This document shows, in pieces, positions 10,096 to 20,058 of a DNA stretch of 64,000 nucleotides. The DNA is from an uncultured delta proteobacterium. Lineage in GTDB: Bacteria > Myxococcota_A > Polyangia > Polyangiales > Polyangiaceae. Position numbers and translations under genes: made by a program. A model generated the notes under the pieces. It made no database searches. It was given only the letters and a program-made list of their open reading frames with translations, and had not been told where the DNA came from. Location: positions 1,216,001 to 1,280,000 of the forward strand of contig CAWJCS010000003.1 in the NCBI GenBank assembly GCA_963841435.1, in the 5' to 3' direction. Numbering within the stretch: position 1 is the first letter of the stretch; each line of letters opens with the position of its first letter.

Positions 10096-10999
10096 TTTTC
10101 GGCTCTCGGCCGCGCTGGGCCTCGTCCTCGCGCTCGCCGCGCCAGAACGGCCGGCGCGCGCTTTCACCCACGTCGTTTCGCAAGGCGAGACGCTCGCGTC
10201 GATCGCCGAGCGCTTCTACGGCAGAATCCAGGACGAGCGCTTGCTCGTCGCGGCAAACTTCCTCGACGCGCGCGGCGGAACGCCCATCGTGCGGGGCATG
10301 CGGCTCGAGGTCCCCGCGCTCGAGCATCGGCGCATCGTCCAGGGAGACAGCTGGGAGGCGCTCGCCACGGAACTGCTCGGCGCGCCGTCCCGTGCCGACG
10401 TGCTGTCGATGGCCAACGGCTCCAACCCCTGGCTCACCCCCGAGGTGGGCGCCGAGATCATCGTCCCGTACAACCTGCGCGTCGCGGTCGCGGAGGGCGA
10501 GCAGCTCGTGACGATCGCCTATCGCCATCTCGGGAACATGAACAAGGCCTGGGTGCTCGATCGCTACAACGGGCTCGACGGGCGAGCCGTCGAACGCGGC
10601 GACGTGCTGCTCGTGCCGCTCACGGAGCTCACGCTCACCGACGCGGGCAAGGAAGCCGCCGCGGCGGCTGCGGGCGCCGCCTGCTCGGAAGCCGGTGGTC
10701 GCGCGCGTACCTTGCAGCAGCGCGTGGGCAGCGAGCTGCCAGCGCTCGTGGCGGACGTGAGAGCTGGGCGCTATGCCGAAGCCGTGACCCGCGGCACCCG
10801 CTTCCTCGCCTCGGCCTCGCTCACGGAGCCTCAAATCGCCCTCGTACAGGAACAGCTCACCAAGGCCTACGTCGCCCTCGACGCCGTGGGCCTCGCGGCG
10901 GCCGCCTGCAAGGAATGGCGCAAGCGCGACCGCGGCGCGACGCTCGACCCGGCTCTCACGAGCCCGAAGGTCGTGCGCGCCTGCGAGCGTGCGGAGTAA
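10088..10999 (+). CDS. secreted LysM-repeat protein with helical C-terminus
   Basis: signal peptide; LysM-like HVVSQGETLASIAERFYG, RIVQGDSWEALA, AVAEGEQLVTIA. Confidence 0.8.
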   Translation: MADFRLSAALGLVLALAAPERPARAFTHVVSQGETLASIAERFYGRIQDERLLVAANFLDARGGTPIVRGMRLEVPALEHRRIVQGDSWEALATELLGAPSRADVLSMANGSNPWLTPEVGAEIIVPYNLRVAVAEGEQLVTIAYRHLGNMNKAWVLDRYNGLDGRAVERGDVLLVPLTELTLTDAGKEAAAAAAGAACSEAGGRARTLQQRVGSELPALVADVRAGRYAEAVTRGTRFLASASLTEPQIALVQEQLTKAYVALDAVGLAAAACKEWRKRDRGATLDPALTSPKVVRACERAE

Positions 11000-11897
11000 C
11001 GTGGCACTTGCCACGGCGCTCGACTGGGGAGCCCTTGCGCCGCTACGACTGCGCGCGCGCGGGACGGCGCTCGGCGCGCTCGCCGGAAGCCACCGGAGCG
11101 CGCGGCGCGGAGCGGGCGTCGAATTCGCCGGCCACCGCGCCTACACGCCGGGCGACGACCTGAGGTTTCTCGATCGTCACGCGCTCGTGCGGCACGGCGC
11201 GCTCGTCTTGCGCGAGTTCGAGACGGAAACGGAGCGCACGCTTTCGCTGCTCGTCAACGCCACGGCATCGATGAGCTTTCGCGGCGCGCGCGCTCCCGGT
11301 GCGAAGCTCGCATTCGCAGCGCTCGTGGCCGCGGCGCTCGGCTACGTCGCGCTGCGCAACGGCGACCGCGTGAGGCTCGACTGGCTCGGCGGCGAGGGCC
11401 TGCCACCGCTCGACCCGCGCGGCGGCAGCCACGGCTTCGAGCACCTACTCGACACGCTCGAGGGTGCCGCGGCCAGCGGCGAGCTCGACCTCGCGGTGCT
11501 CGACCGCGCGCTGTCGACGGCAGGCCGCACGCGCACCGGGACGATCACGGTGCTCTTGAGCGATCTGCTCGACTTGCCGGCGGAGGCGCCGGACAGGGTC
11601 GCGGCGCTCGGCGGACCCGGCCGCGCCCTGCTCGTCGTCCAGGTCCTCGACGACGAGGAGATCGAGCTGCCGTTCGACGGTCCCGTGCGGCTGCGCTCGC
11701 TCGAGGGCGACGTCGTCGTGGACACGGACGCGCCACGCGTACGCGCCGCGTACAAGGCGGAGCTCGAGAAGCTCCGGGCGCGCTGGGCGCGAGCGCTCGC
11801 GAACCGCGCCGGCGAGCTCGTCACGGCTTCGACCTCCGACGACCCGGTCGAGGTCGTGCGGCGCGCGCTGTTCGCCCTCGGAGGGCGCGTCCGGTGA
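10989..11897 (+). CDS. DUF58 domain protein
   Basis: GxHxS..GAGVEFAGHRAYTPGDDLRFLD..REFE signature; start uncertain (GTG 10989 or 11001). Confidence 0.88.
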   Translation: MRSNVALATALDWGALAPLRLRARGTALGALAGSHRSARRGAGVEFAGHRAYTPGDDLRFLDRHALVRHGALVLREFETETERTLSLLVNATASMSFRGARAPGAKLAFAALVAAALGYVALRNGDRVRLDWLGGEGLPPLDPRGGSHGFEHLLDTLEGAAASGELDLAVLDRALSTAGRTRTGTITVLLSDLLDLPAEAPDRVAALGGPGRALLVVQVLDDEEIELPFDGPVRLRSLEGDVVVDTDAPRVRAAYKAELEKLRARWARALANRAGELVTASTSDDPVEVVRRALFALGGRVR

Positions 11898-13897
11898 GCG
11901 TGCTGTACGGCGCCGCGCTCGCGGTGGGCCTTTTCGTCGCACTGCCAGCCATCGCGCACCTGCTCAGGCGCGGCCGCGCGAACGAACGGCCGTTTCCACC
12001 CGCGCGGCTCGTGCCGACCTCGCGCACCGTGGCCCGCCGCGAGCGGCGCGTGGAGGATCAAGCGCTCTTCTCGCTGCGTGCCTTCTCGGTGCTCCTGCTC
12101 GCGTGCCTGGGGGCAGCGCCGCTCGTAAAGTGCTCGAGGCTGTCGCTGGCGCGTGACGCCGGTGGCTCGGTGGCGGTGGCGTTCGTGCTCGACGACTCGC
12201 TCAGCATGCGGGCGGCGCCGGCAGGGGCAGAGCCCCGCTTCGAGCAGGCGCTGACGGCGGCCCGCGAAATCCTCGCGTCGATGCGCGAGGGCGACGCCGT
12301 CGCTCTCGTGCTCGCGGGCAAGCCCGCACGCCTGGCGCTCGGGTCTACGACGGATCTCGGACTCGCGCGTCGCGTGCTCGACGAGATTTCCCCGAGCGAC
12401 CGTGCCACCGACCTCACCGGGGCCGTGGCGCTCGCGCGCGGCGTGCTCGTCGACCCCGCGCGGCAGGATCGACGGCTCATCGTGCTGAGCGACTTCGCCG
12501 GGGATCCCCTCCCGCCGGGCGAGCCGCTTGCGTCGGCGCCGCTTCCGGCGCTCGGCGAGCCCGCGCCCGACTGTGGCGTCGTGAGCGCCCAACGCCGGGG
12601 TGGCAGCGTGCGCGTCAGCGTCGCGTGCAACGAAGCGGCGAGCGGTCAGGGTCGCACCGTCGAGCTCGTCGCCGAGCAGGGCTCCACCACCGACCCCGGA
12701 CCCGCCGCTCCCGCGAAGCTCGCGGGCCTCCCGGCGCTTTCCAGCGTGCCCCTCGAAGCGCGGGTCGGCCTCCAGGCGCTCTCGCTCCGCGTCGCAGACG
12801 AAGACGCGTCCCGGCGCCTCGCGGTTCGTCTCACGGGCACGGATCGGCTCCTCTACGACGACATCGCCCCGGTCATGCCCGACTCCGCGTCGCTCGGCGT
12901 CGCGGTCCTGAGCGCGACCCCCGACCAGGGGGAGCCGATGGGCGGAGCACCCGTCGTCGAGCAGGCACTCGCGGCCCTCGACAAAGGGGTGAACGTCCGC
13001 CCGCTGTCCGTGCTGCCCGATCAGGCCTCCGAGCTCGACGCGTATGCCCTCATTTTGCTGGACGATCCCCCGGGAACGAGCCCCGAAGCACGCGAGGCAC
13101 TGACGCGCTTCGTCGAAGGCGGCGGCGTGGCGGTCGCCTTGCTCGGACCGCACGTGGAGTCGACGAAGCTCGGCTCGACGCTCGAGCCCTTCGCGCGCGG
13201 CTCGGTGCGCTGGGAGCGCGACCCTTCGCCCCGGGGCGCCGACGTTGCGTCGATCGCGTGGCTCGGTACGGAAGGCAAGAGCCTTTCGGACCTCGCGCTG
13301 CACGGCCGCGCGGTGCTCGATCCGGGAGCCGAGGCCACGGTGCTCGCGACGCTGAACGACGGCGCGCCCTTCGTGATCGAGCGCCGGCTCGGCGCGGGAC
13401 GCGTGTTCACCGTCACCGTGCCAAGCTCGCTCGACGAGAGCGATTTCGCGCTGAGGCCGGGCTTCGTGGCTCTCGTCGCGCACGTTCTCGACGTTGCGGA
13501 GCAGTGCCGCGGCGTTCGCCAAAGCGTCGCGGGTGCGAGCTGGCGCTTCGAGGACGACCGCACGCGCATCGACGGACCCGAAGGCGCCGTGGAGCTCCAC
13601 GAGACGCCCGAGCAGGGGCGCGTGGCGACGCCCGCGGTGCGGGGCACCTACCGGGTCACGACCCCCCGCGGCGCGGAGCTTCGCACCGTCACGCTGGACC
13701 CCACCGAGATCCTGACCCCGCCGCGACCGCCCGGGGCCGCCGTGGACCAGCGCGCTGGCCACGAAAGAGAGAGCTATCACGACCTCTCGACCGAGACCGC
13801 GGCCGCGCTGCTCGCCGTGCTCGCGCTCGAGCTCGCGCTGCGCTCACTCGGGCGCTCGAAACGCGGGCGACCGGCGGCGGAGCGCGCGGCCGCCTGA
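11894..13897 (+). CDS. BatA N-terminal + VWA domain membrane protein
   Basis: LPAIAHLL..FP BatA-type N-terminus; VLDDSLSM MIDAS, TDL, LSDF; C-terminal TM. Confidence 0.82.
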   Translation: MSVLYGAALAVGLFVALPAIAHLLRRGRANERPFPPARLVPTSRTVARRERRVEDQALFSLRAFSVLLLACLGAAPLVKCSRLSLARDAGGSVAVAFVLDDSLSMRAAPAGAEPRFEQALTAAREILASMREGDAVALVLAGKPARLALGSTTDLGLARRVLDEISPSDRATDLTGAVALARGVLVDPARQDRRLIVLSDFAGDPLPPGEPLASAPLPALGEPAPDCGVVSAQRRGGSVRVSVACNEAASGQGRTVELVAEQGSTTDPGPAAPAKLAGLPALSSVPLEARVGLQALSLRVADEDASRRLAVRLTGTDRLLYDDIAPVMPDSASLGVAVLSATPDQGEPMGGAPVVEQALAALDKGVNVRPLSVLPDQASELDAYALILLDDPPGTSPEAREALTRFVEGGGVAVALLGPHVESTKLGSTLEPFARGSVRWERDPSPRGADVASIAWLGTEGKSLSDLALHGRAVLDPGAEATVLATLNDGAPFVIERRLGAGRVFTVTVPSSLDESDFALRPGFVALVAHVLDVAEQCRGVRQSVAGASWRFEDDRTRIDGPEGAVELHETPEQGRVATPAVRGTYRVTTPRGAELRTVTLDPTEILTPPRPPGAAVDQRAGHERESYHDLSTETAAALLAVLALELALRSLGRSKRGRPAAERAAA

Positions 13898-13974
13898 CGC
13901 GGCGCGGCGCCCGGCCCGCGCCGCTCGGGCCCGCGTCTCGACGCGCGCGGCGGAGTCGGCTAAAGGCAGCGGCG

Positions 13975-14538
13975 ATGGTGAAAAGGAGCTCGCCGCTCGC
14001 CGCGCTTTCGGTGCTCGTGCTTTCCGGTCTTTTGGCCGTGGCGTGCCATTCCGCCGGCAAGTGGGGCTTCGCACGAAGCTACGCGGCGCGCTCGGAGGAG
14101 GAGGACGCCGCCGAGGGGGCCCGCAGGTACGACCCGGTGATGATCGAGCGCGAGCCCGAGAGCTGGCGCGGCGCCAAGCTCAGCATCTTCGGCGTCGTGA
14201 GGAGTCGCTCGCAGGCGCCCGGTGGCGCTGCCTATCTGACGCTGAGCGTACGCACGCTCGCCGAGCGAAACCTGTGCGACGAAATGGCCGAGGACACCTG
14301 CCGCGTCACCGTGAGCGACCACGAGTTTGCGCTCATCCACGCAATCGTCAAACTCGAGCCCGAGGACGACATCGGCAAGCTCAGCATCGGCCAGGGGTCG
14401 CTCGTCCGCGTGATCGGCACGCTGACCGACAGCGTCGACAAGAACGACGGCATGCAGGTGCTCCGAGCCAGCTACTATCGGCACTGGCCGCGCAACTACT
14501 TCGTGACCGACGCCGATCGCACGCACATGAGGATGTGA
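13975..14538 (+). CDS. lipoprotein, possibly Slp-like OB fold
   Basis: lipobox LAVAC; PESWRGAKLSIFGVV and GSLVRVIG..YRHW pattern resembles Slp; not called by the track as its own ORF. Confidence 0.6.
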   Translation: MVKRSSPLAALSVLVLSGLLAVACHSAGKWGFARSYAARSEEEDAAEGARRYDPVMIEREPESWRGAKLSIFGVVRSRSQAPGGAAYLTLSVRTLAERNLCDEMAEDTCRVTVSDHEFALIHAIVKLEPEDDIGKLSIGQGSLVRVIGTLTDSVDKNDGMQVLRASYYRHWPRNYFVTDADRTHMRM

Positions 14539-14543
14539 CAGGC

Positions 14544-15512
14544 ATGAAATCTCGCTCGCTGCGAACGATCCTGGGCCTTTCGCTCGTGCTCGCCCTCGCC
14601 GGCACGACGGGCACGGCCCGGGCCACGCTCGTCGAGCGCATCGTCGCCGTCGTGGGGGAGCACGCCATCCTGCTGAGCGACCTCAGGGCACGCGCCCATC
14701 CCTTCCTCTTGCAGATCTATCAGGGCGTTCCGGCGGGGGCGCAGCGCAGCGCCGCCATTTCCCAGCTCTACAAGGGCCTCATAGAGAAGCTCGTCGACGA
14801 GGAGCTCGAGCAGCGAGCAGCCGCCCAGGCCAAGGTGTCGGTCACGGCGCGCGAGGTCGAGGAAGCGCTGGAGCGCGTCGCGCAGCAAAACGGCATCACG
14901 CCGGCGAAGCTGCTCGCGGAAGCGCGCCGCACGGGGCTCGACGACGCCGACTACCGCGACGAGCTTCGCCGCCAGCTCTTGCAGACCAAGCTCATCAACG
15001 TGCGGCTCCAGGGGCGCATTCGCGTCAGCGAGGACGATCTTCGCGCCTACTATCGGAAGCTGGCCCTCGAAGAGCGCGAGAAGCTCGGGTTTCGCGCCGC
15101 GTGGATCGTGCTCGACGCGAGCGGCGGCGCCACCTCGCGCAAGGCCGCGGAAGTCATCGCGAGGAGCGCGCGCGCGGGCGGCGACTTCGCGAACCTCGCA
15201 CGGCGCTATTCGAATGATCCCGCGACGCGGAGCAAAGGGGGCGTCATGACCCAGACGCGCCCCGAGGAGCTACCGCCTACTCTCGGACGCGTCATGCTGG
15301 GCCTCAACGTCGGTGAGACCTCGGGCGTCATTGCCCTTCCGGGCGCGTTCGCCATCGTGAAAATCCTCTCTCGCGATGAATCCTCGCTACCGACCTACGA
15401 GGAAGCAGCGAACGAGCTTTCGCAGCGGGTGTACCTCGAGAAGATGACGCAGGCACGCCGCACGTGGCTCGACAACCTGCGTCGTCAGCAGCACGTCGAA
15501 GTCAGGCTCTGA
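14544..15512 (+). CDS. SurA-family peptidyl-prolyl isomerase/chaperone
   Basis: signal peptide; ERIVAVVG..ILLSD SurA N-domain; parvulin GDFANLARRYSND..KGG. Confidence 0.88.
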   Translation: MKSRSLRTILGLSLVLALAGTTGTARATLVERIVAVVGEHAILLSDLRARAHPFLLQIYQGVPAGAQRSAAISQLYKGLIEKLVDEELEQRAAAQAKVSVTAREVEEALERVAQQNGITPAKLLAEARRTGLDDADYRDELRRQLLQTKLINVRLQGRIRVSEDDLRAYYRKLALEEREKLGFRAAWIVLDASGGATSRKAAEVIARSARAGGDFANLARRYSNDPATRSKGGVMTQTRPEELPPTLGRVMLGLNVGETSGVIALPGAFAIVKILSRDESSLPTYEEAANELSQRVYLEKMTQARRTWLDNLRRQQHVEVRL

Positions 15513-15517
15513 CGCTC

Positions 15518-17056
15518 CTACGGCGCGGACGGTGCCGCGGTTGACCCCCCGCGCTCGCCGCAGGCGAGCAACGAAACCGCCCCGGAGCCGAGCGACCGCA
15601 CGCGGCGCGCCAGACGGATCTCGCCTTTCAACAGCGTCTCGAGCTCCGCGGGCGAGAGCGCGCCCGGCACCTTGCGACCGTTGACGAAGTAAGTGGGCGC
15701 GCCCGTCACACCGAGCTTGCGCGCCAGGGCGGCATCCGCGTCAACGGTGGCGTCGTGGGCGCCGTCTCGCGCGGGGCCGAGCAGCGCGTCGAGGTCGAGC
15801 CCGGCGCGCGACGCCGCTCGCTCGAGGCCGGCCTCGTCGGGCTTCATGCCCGTCTGCAGCAGCGTGTCGGCGAACGCCCAGAATCCCTTGTCGCCGCCCA
15901 CGCGACGCGCCTCGAGCGCGGCGTTCGCGAGGTAGCGCGCGAGCCGATGCTGCGGAAGCGGGAAATGCTTGAGCACGGCGCCAAGCTCGCCGGGGTGAGC
16001 CCGGAGCGCCCCGCGCAGTGCCTCGGCCCCCTGACGGCAGAGCTCGCATTCGAAGTCCGTGAACTCGACGACCGTGACGAGCGGCTCGGCGGCACCACGC
16101 CGGGCCGACTCGCCGACGGGCACGCAGGCGCGCACGGGCGGATCCTCGCCGAGGTTTACCAGGTTGTGCTCGGCGCGGGTTCGATAGAGCGCCGCCGGCG
16201 CAACGCCCGCCGCGAGCGTGAGGTACGCGGCGCCGAGCTCGCGATCGAGCACCTCGTCGAGCGCGGGCTTGGACGGGTGGCCGTCGAGGCGCACGCCGTT
16301 GACGAACGCCGTGGGCGTCTCGCGCACGAACAGGCTCGCGGCGAGCAGCTGGTCGGTGTCGAGCGCTTGCTTGACACTGGGCGCTGCGAGCTCCGCCGCC
16401 GTCGGCTCGAGCCCGACGGACGAGAGGGCGCGCTCGAGCTTGGACTTGTCGAGCGGGCCTGGCTCGCGCAGTAGCGCCGCGAGGGCGCGCCAGAACGCAG
16501 CGTCGCCTCGAGCGTTCTTGAGAGCGACGAGCACCTCCGCCGCGTGCTGCCCGAACGCGTGCTGGCTCAGCGGGTAGTGTCGGAACGAAAGCCTGAGGTC
16601 GTCGCCACGTCGCCGCTTCTCGGCGAGCACCGCGCGCAAAAGCGCCACGGAGTGTGGGCACTCGAGGTCCGCGAAGACGGTGAGCGTGAGCGCCATCGCG
16701 CTTTCGCCCCACACCGGGCTCGTCGCCGTGACCGGCAGGGGCGCCCGAGCGTCGTCGGGGGACGGTGGCTCGCTCCTGAAAGGCAGCGCGGCGCGCGGCG
16801 GCGGCCCGGGCGGCGGGGCCATGCTCGGCCCGACGGGGGGCGGCGGGGCGGGCGGTCGCAGCACCGGCGATGGCAGCGCAGCGACGGGCGTGGGCGCCGG
16901 GAGCCAGCGCTTGGCTGACCAATAGAGGTAGACGATACCCCCCACCATGACGACCGCGCCGAGCGTCAGGACGACGGCGCCCAGGAGGCGGCTGGGGCCG
17001 CGCGACACGGGGGGCTGGGCGCCGCCCGTGGTCGGCGACGGCGGTTGGCCGGACAT
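15518..17056 (-). CDS. membrane-anchored protein with two DsbA/thioredoxin domains
   Basis: TM plus Pro-rich linker; FADLECPHS..FRHYPL..TPT and FTDFECELC..KHFPL..GAPT. Confidence 0.88.
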   Translation of the reverse strand: MSGQPPSPTTGGAQPPVSRGPSRLLGAVVLTLGAVVMVGGIVYLYWSAKRWLPAPTPVAALPSPVLRPPAPPPPVGPSMAPPPGPPPRAALPFRSEPPSPDDARAPLPVTATSPVWGESAMALTLTVFADLECPHSVALLRAVLAEKRRRGDDLRLSFRHYPLSQHAFGQHAAEVLVALKNARGDAAFWRALAALLREPGPLDKSKLERALSSVGLEPTAAELAAPSVKQALDTDQLLAASLFVRETPTAFVNGVRLDGHPSKPALDEVLDRELGAAYLTLAAGVAPAALYRTRAEHNLVNLGEDPPVRACVPVGESARRGAAEPLVTVVEFTDFECELCRQGAEALRGALRAHPGELGAVLKHFPLPQHRLARYLANAALEARRVGGDKGFWAFADTLLQTGMKPDEAGLERAASRAGLDLDALLGPARDGAHDATVDADAALARKLGVTGAPTYFVNGRKVPGALSPAELETLLKGEIRLARRVRSLGSGAVSLLACGERGGSTAAPSAP

Positions 17057-17218
17057 GCTCCACCCACCGTACCAGTCGATTGCCACTTTGGCAGCACGCG
17101 CCGCTTCCAGGACAGCGTGACCCGAGCGCGGCAACGGTGCAGCCGTTCGGAGCTGCGGCGGGCAGCGCTCGAACCAGCATTTGCCGGCTGGCACGCCCTG
17201 TGCTCAATAGCCAGGGCG

Positions 17219-18349
17219 ATGGTCCCCGGGCGCCTCACCCTGCTCGCCGCGACGCTGCTCGGGGCGTCCGTTTTGCCCGCGACCGCGCTGGCCCAGACGC
17301 TCACGCTGCCCGCCGGGACCCTCGGCGTGGTCCGCGACCACGACGACAGCACGCTGCCGCTCACGTACATCAATCACCAAAACTGCATCGACGACGAAAC
17401 GATCACCTTCCAGGTCACCGTCGAGAGCGGCCCGAGCAGCTCCTACTACCTCGAGGCGTGGGTGGGGTCGGCGTGCGAGACGCCGGCCAACCGAGTCGGC
17501 GCCGCCACGACCTGCCGCCGCCTCGCGAGCCAACCCTGGCAACGGGCGTCGAGCGTGCGCGTCCCGGTCCGCAGCATCATTTCAGGCGTCAACGTGACGT
17601 TGTCCGCGACGACCGAGACCGACGCGGATGCCGGCACTGACGCGGATGCCGGCACTGACGCCGACGCGGGCGCGACCGACGCCGGCACCGACGCGTCAGT
17701 CGCGGTGTGCGACGGCAGCGATCGCCCTGTGAAGTTCACGCTGTTCTTCTTGCTGGTCGACGGCAGCAACGCCGAGCCCGCGGGTTATGCGCCGACAAGC
17801 TGGAACGGGCAGTTCGATCTCAAGGGGCCTGCCGCTCCGTCGGGCGTGACCGCGGGCGTCGGCGAGAACACGCTCGTCGTGAGCTGGACGGCGCCGAGCG
17901 GCATCAACACCAGCGAGCTTCTCGAGTACCGGATCTTTTGCGACCCGCCGCCCGGAACGGACGCGACGAGCGGCTCCAGCGCGTGCCCCTCGCCGAACCT
18001 GCCGCCCGGCGGCGTGCCCGACGAAGCCTACTCGTGCGGCACGGCACCCGGGACCGCGACGAACGCCGAAACCGGCAGCCTGACCAACGGCGTCGAATAC
18101 ACCGTGGCCATCGCAGGTCGCGACTACTTTCACAACTACGGCGAGCTCTCGACCCCCGCCTGCAACACGCCGCAGGAGGTGACCGGGTTCTACGAGGCCT
18201 ACCGCGCCGCGGGCGGCCAAGCGGGCGGCGGCTTCTGCGCCATCCACGCTCGCCCGCGCCCGGTGCTCTCCGCGCTGTTCGCCCTCACGCTGCTCGGCCT
18301 CGTCGTCCGGCGCCGCAGCGCTCAGCGCCGGAGGGGGCCGCGAGCATGA
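17219..18349 (+). CDS. secreted Cys-rich FnIII-like protein with MYXO-CTERM-type anchor (resembles MXAN_2561 family)
   Basis: signal peptide ALA; FnIII-like LVVSWTAP..YTVAIAG; C-terminal GGGFC-hydrophobic-RRR; family name from recall. Confidence 0.7.
   Translation: MVPGRLTLLAATLLGASVLPATALAQTLTLPAGTLGVVRDHDDSTLPLTYINHQNCIDDETITFQVTVESGPSSSYYLEAWVGSACETPANRVGAATTCRRLASQPWQRASSVRVPVRSIISGVNVTLSATTETDADAGTDADAGTDADAGATDAGTDASVAVCDGSDRPVKFTLFFLLVDGSNAEPAGYAPTSWNGQFDLKGPAAPSGVTAGVGENTLVVSWTAPSGINTSELLEYRIFCDPPPGTDATSGSSACPSPNLPPGGVPDEAYSCGTAPGTATNAETGSLTNGVEYTVAIAGRDYFHNYGELSTPACNTPQEVTGFYEAYRAAGGQAGGGFCAIHARPRPVLSALFALTLLGLVVRRRSAQRRRGPRA
17621..17695 (+). repeat. in-frame tandem repeat, 18-bp unit GACGCGGATGCCGGCACT (DADAGT)
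   Basis: two exact copies at 17621-17656 followed by degenerate copies. Confidence 0.85.
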
Positions 18350-19110
18350 GGCTCGGTCCGGCCTTGGGCGCGCTAACGGCGCTCGCGCTCGGTCCGCTTC
18401 TGGGCACGGCGCGCGCGCAGGGCATGGATGAGTTCGGCGCGTACGGCGATCTGCAGACTCGCGGCCGCACCCGCTCACCCCAGGAGATCGCGTTCGAAGC
18501 ACGCTTCGGTCAGTACCCAACGCGCATCGACGACGGGGTGGCCGGCAGCCCCTACAGCGACACCTTCGGCACGAAGAAGCGCTGGCAGGGCGGCGCCGAG
18601 CTCGATTGGCAGATCTTCCGGATCAAAAACACTCTGAGCCTCGGTCCCGGCATCGGCTTTGCCCTCACGAACGCCACGGCCAAGGCCCCGCTCGCGGACG
18701 GCACGGGGGACTCCGCTCAGAACACCAAGCTCAACATCCTGCCCTTCTTCGGGGTCGCCGTGCTGCGCCTCGACGCCCTCGCCGACCGCACGGTCGTGCC
18801 GATCGCGCCGTACGCGAAGCTCGGCTTCGGCTACGCGCTCTGGTGGTCCGTCGACGGGGAGAAGTCCGCGCACGCCAACGGCATCGTCGGGCGCGACACC
18901 TCGTACGGCTTCGTCACCGCGCTAGGGCTCGTCGTGCGCCTCGACTGGCTCGACCCCGCCGACGCCGCCGCCGCCGACGCGGCCATCGGGCTCAACCATT
19001 CCGGGCTCTTCGCCGAATGGTTCCACGCCGATCTCGGAGGCTTGGGTGCGAAGAGCGTCATGGACGTCGGCACGAGCACCTGGGTCGCGGGCCTGACGCT
19101 CGAGATGTGA
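18346..19110 (+). CDS. outer-membrane beta-barrel protein (resembles MXAN_2562 family)
   Basis: ATGA overlap with upstream gene; signal peptide; alternating amphipathic strands ending WVAGLTLEM; family name from recall. Confidence 0.7.
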   Translation: MRLGPALGALTALALGPLLGTARAQGMDEFGAYGDLQTRGRTRSPQEIAFEARFGQYPTRIDDGVAGSPYSDTFGTKKRWQGGAELDWQIFRIKNTLSLGPGIGFALTNATAKAPLADGTGDSAQNTKLNILPFFGVAVLRLDALADRTVVPIAPYAKLGFGYALWWSVDGEKSAHANGIVGRDTSYGFVTALGLVVRLDWLDPADAAAADAAIGLNHSGLFAEWFHADLGGLGAKSVMDVGTSTWVAGLTLEM

Positions 19111-19190
19111 CGCCCAGTCGGCGCGGACGCCTCACGCGGGCGGACGCGGGGCAGCTCGGCGAAAGCTCGCCACGCCGACTTTCGGGCCGC

Positions 19191-19943
19191 TCAGCGGGCG
19201 CGCAGCAGGCGGTCGATGTGCTTCTGCTCCCACGCGATCGCCCGTTCGTACTGGGCGAACTCCCGCTCTCGGCGCAAGAGCTCCGGCGGGTGAACGCCGG
19301 CCGACGTGAACGGAATCAGGTGGTGCAAAAGCTCGTGGTAGACGATGTAGGCCACGAAGTAGCGGGGGACCCAGCTGCGGTCGAGCGCCGGGTGGATGCG
19401 CACGAGCCGCTCGGTGGCGCTGTAGCTGCCAAGCTTGATGGTACGCCGCGCCTCCCCGCGGGGCGTCGTCCGCCGCCCCCAGGTGATGAGGACATCGCCC
19501 ACGGCAGCCGGGAAGTAACGCCCCCCCACGTCGGCAAGGATGGCCCCGAGGTCATGAGCGCGCCCCCGCGTGGAAAGCGGCCACGTCACCGGCTGGGAGG
19601 CACGGATACGGTGTTGATTTTGTTCGATGAACTCGCCGACAACCTGGGACGCCCGACGCTCCCCGCGCACGACGTACTCGACGAGGGCCTGACGCACGCG
19701 TTCCGGCGCGCCCAAAAACATCATGTGGACGCGGACCCGCAGCGTCCCCCGAACGCGGGTCCGCGAGACCATGCGCCGCAGGTTGTCCGTGACCGCGAGC
19801 TGCACCGGACCCTGGAAGGCAAGGCCGAGGCGCCGCTCGAGCGCCTGACGCGCCCCCTCGTGAATGAAGATGCGGGGACCGATGTAGGACGCGCGCGCCC
19901 CGAGCTCACGCCCGTGCGGGATGCGGAGCGCGGCCATCGACAT
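19191..19943 (-). CDS. SprT/YgjP-like zinc metallopeptidase domain protein
   Basis: KLGSY..RIHPALD..YIVYHELLH..H zincin motif; start uncertain. Confidence 0.75.
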   Translation of the reverse strand: MSMAALRIPHGRELGARASYIGPRIFIHEGARQALERRLGLAFQGPVQLAVTDNLRRMVSRTRVRGTLRVRVHMMFLGAPERVRQALVEYVVRGERRASQVVGEFIEQNQHRIRASQPVTWPLSTRGRAHDLGAILADVGGRYFPAAVGDVLITWGRRTTPRGEARRTIKLGSYSATERLVRIHPALDRSWVPRYFVAYIVYHELLHHLIPFTSAGVHPPELLRREREFAQYERAIAWEQKHIDRLLRAR

Positions 19944-20058
19944 GCGTGGCGCCAACGCGCGGCTAGCCGCCCGCCCAAGCCGCTTGGGCGGAGCGAAAAG
20001 CCAGGAGGTGGGGAGCTCTGCAGACACGGTGACGTTCGCTCGCGGGTCTCGAAATCTC

